From: the human T2T-CHM13v2.0 reference genome, Homo sapiens
Assembly: GCF_009914755.1 (NCBI RefSeq)
Contig: NC_060936.1
Strand: one strand, 5' to 3'
DNA length: 64,000 nucleotides
Position numbers and translations under genes: made by a program. Each line of letters opens with the position of its first letter. Positions within the stretch are counted from its first letter, which is position 1. This document shows positions 60,824 to 64,000 of this stretch, piece by piece. The notes under the pieces were generated by a model that worked only from the letters and a program-made list of their open reading frames with translations, was not told the DNA's origin and made no database searches.

Positions 60824-61406
60824 TTTTGTTAAAGGCCCATGGGATAGACCACAAGTGCCCACCCAGGAAACAGAAAACCACAGATTTCTGAATCAATGGT
60901 AGCAGCCACCAAGACCAACTGGGCATATTTTACAGAGAACGGAGGTGCCAAGAGAAGAGGCCACAAGCTGAAGGAGTGTCCTTGGGAGGGCCACATGTCC
61001 AGCTCCCTGCTTGTAGACAGAACTTCACACGGGACAAATTCCCTGTGTGATTTATCTGCAAAATACCCCAGGCTCTTCTTGGTACCTAAAGATCTTTATG
61101 GTATCTTGACACATCCAGAGGGCTGCCTCCAGCTCACATGTAGGAGACATCCCAGCTGATAAGTTCTAATTAATTTACTGTCTTAGAGCCCATTTATAGA
61201 AACCAGTACAGGGATCATAAAACCCTTGAACTACCTTGAACTATGGAGTCGGGGTGAAGTAAGGAACTTTGGTGGCTCGAGATTCTAGAAGCCAGGCTTC
61301 CCACCACCCCAGCCCACAGCAGCTCTCTGCCTGGGGAGAGAGGAGGCAGCCAGGTGTGCTCCAACCAGGAATCACCCACCCCCCACAGAGGATGGCAGGG
61401 GCTCAC

Positions 61407-61525
61407 CGGGTGGATGTCCAGGAACAAGGAGTGTGCCTCCTGGTTAGGGTGCAGGCCAGTCACCGCTTCTGCCAGAACCGGGTCGGCGTTGAGGAAGTGA
61501 GGATGGGAGAGAAACAAGGGGGCAC
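61407..61525 (-). CDS. SCARB1: SCARB1 coding exon 8 (119 nt): (S)APLFLSHPHFLNADPVLAEAVTGLHPNQEAHSLFLDIHP
   Basis: Peptide recognised as the human SR-BI extracellular CD36-family domain; acceptor tctAG|GTGCC and donor CCG|GTgagc on the minus strand; frame continues into the next exon. Confidence 0.97.
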
Positions 61526-62207
61526 CTAGAAGAGGGGCAGGGAGGGGACATCAGACAAGGACAGTATATTGGCAGGTCCTGCCAGGCCGGAGGTCTGCAC
61601 AGAGCTGTGGTCTGCAGGGCACCCCCGTGGCGATGACAAGATAACCAGACAGAGAGGATCCCTTCCTCCATTCTGTAAAAAGCCCCAGGCCCTGTGATGA
61701 GGGACAAGCTCTGCGCCAGAGAAGGGGTGAGGCAGGAGCCGCTGATTCTGACAGGAGAGACCAAAAGAAGGAAGAGGCCTCTTCACAGGAGCCAGGTGAA
61801 GGATGCCCGGGAAGCGCATTCCAGGTGGAAGGGAAGGCAGAAGCAAGCGTGGGGAGGGGGAAATGCATGGTGCACAAGGGTGCTAGGGAGGCACGGATGG
61901 AAAAGGCAACGCCAGATTTGAACTTGGGTGTGGGGAGGGGAGTCTCAAGCGCAAGCCAAGCAGCCCACACTGTCCCCTGCAGGACACGCAGCAATGATCG
62001 GAGCTCAGGTGTGTGCACCTGTGGCCAGATCTCCCTGCATCCACAGGAGTGTGTCCCTGTAGACACACCTGCTACAAATGTGAGCTCAACCTCGCCACTG
62101 ACCAACCAAACCAGGCAAACACCAGCTCACCCTCGGGACAATGGACAACAGGCCTGAAGGACAAGTTAACAAGGAACAGCGAGCGGGCCTCTCTCAAAAG
62201 CTCACGA

Positions 62208-62492
62208 GGGCCAGGCGCCATGGCTTACACCTGTAATCCCAACACTTTGGGAGGCCTCAGCAGGCAGATGACTTGCACCCAGGAATTGGAGACCAGGCTG
62301 GACAATATGGCAAGATCCTATCTCTACAAAAATTAGCCGGGCATGGTGGCACCTGCATGTAGTTCCAGCTACTCAGGAGGCTGAGGCAGGAAAATCGCTT
62401 GAGCCTCAGAGGTTGAGGCTACAGTGAGCCGTGACCGTGCCACTGCACTCCAGCCTGGGTAACAGAGCAAGATCCTGTCTCAAAAGAAAAAC
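62208..62492 (+). mobile_element. AluJ
   Basis: Alu consensus; aaaagctcac flanking duplication. Confidence 0.87.
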
Positions 62493-62725
62493 AATTTTTT
62501 TTTAAAAAGCTCACAAGGATCCAGACAGTGCTAATCCACAGACAGAGCCAACGGGTGGTGACCAGGGGCTGGGGGAGGGGGCGGGGAGTGACTTCTGATG
62601 AGTCTGGGTCTCCTTTTGGGGTGACAGAAATGTTCTGGAACGAGATACAAGTGATGGCTGCACAACCTTGTGACCCTGCTAAATGCCACCGAATCATTCA
62701 CTTTAAAATGGTTAATTTTATGTTA

Positions 62726-63495
<770 letters not shown>

Positions 63496-64000
63496 CTAAC
63501 TAGAACCTGTTACTGCATGAGGCTTTAACTGGGAGCCCTGCTCTTTTTCTGTTAAAAGAAAAAACAAAACAAAAAAGGCTGATGAGTGTGGAAGGCTCTT
63601 CAAGTCCTCTCAACACCAAGAGACCTTCTCCTGCAGGTGATGGCAAGGAGGAAAAGAGCATGGACCCAGAAGCTCACTCTCACCTCCTTGGACCTTCTGA
63701 AGCCATCCCAAGCACCCGCAGGGACAGTGTCCTCCACAATCTGGAAAACGCTGCCTCTCGTGCCTCCTCCGTGGAGGAGGCAGCCACGGAGCCGAACTCT
63801 GGAGGAATCTCAAACAAGCCCTGGCCTGCCCACAGCCCCAGGTGGAGACCGAGGTGGGATGGAACAACTTGCCAGCCCCCGCCCTTGCTTCAGAGGCCGA
63901 GCCTGCATGGACCCACGCACGTGTTTCTTCCAATGTTATTACCAAGCACGCCGAGCGAGATCTTCCCAGCTGTAAGTGGTAATTAATTTGTAGCTTTATG

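Overview
Human (or very close great-ape) genomic DNA, dense in Alu, L1, L2/MIR, MaLR and DNA-transposon relics. The right ~25 kb is the 3' part of SCARB1 (scavenger receptor class B member 1, the HDL receptor SR-BI/SR-BII; chr12q24.31) on the minus strand. Exons 8-13 (numbering from recall of the 13-exon gene) sit at 61407-61525, 56478-56551, 48686-48737, 47637-47783, 43961-44089 and ~38905-39864; every splice boundary is AG/GT and the frame is consistent. Three C-termini can be built from the sequence: SR-BI ...EAKL*, SR-BII ...PSPTA*, and a long exon-11-extension form ...GGGTGS*. The 3'UTR carries 8mer seed matches for miR-223, miR-96, miR-185 and miR-125. The left ~38 kb is downstream intergenic DNA with no credible protein-coding gene. 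Its most notable non-TE features are two same-orientation CTCF motifs, a 4x16-bp array of TAAGGTCA nuclear-receptor half-sites, a perfect 20-bp minisatellite of GCGTG (AhR-type) cores beside a CpG-rich patch, and two other small VNTRs. I found no evidence of a novel multi-gene system; the best candidates for something undescribed are these small motif-bearing tandem arrays, whose function is inference only. Repeat family names and boundaries are by eye and approximate.
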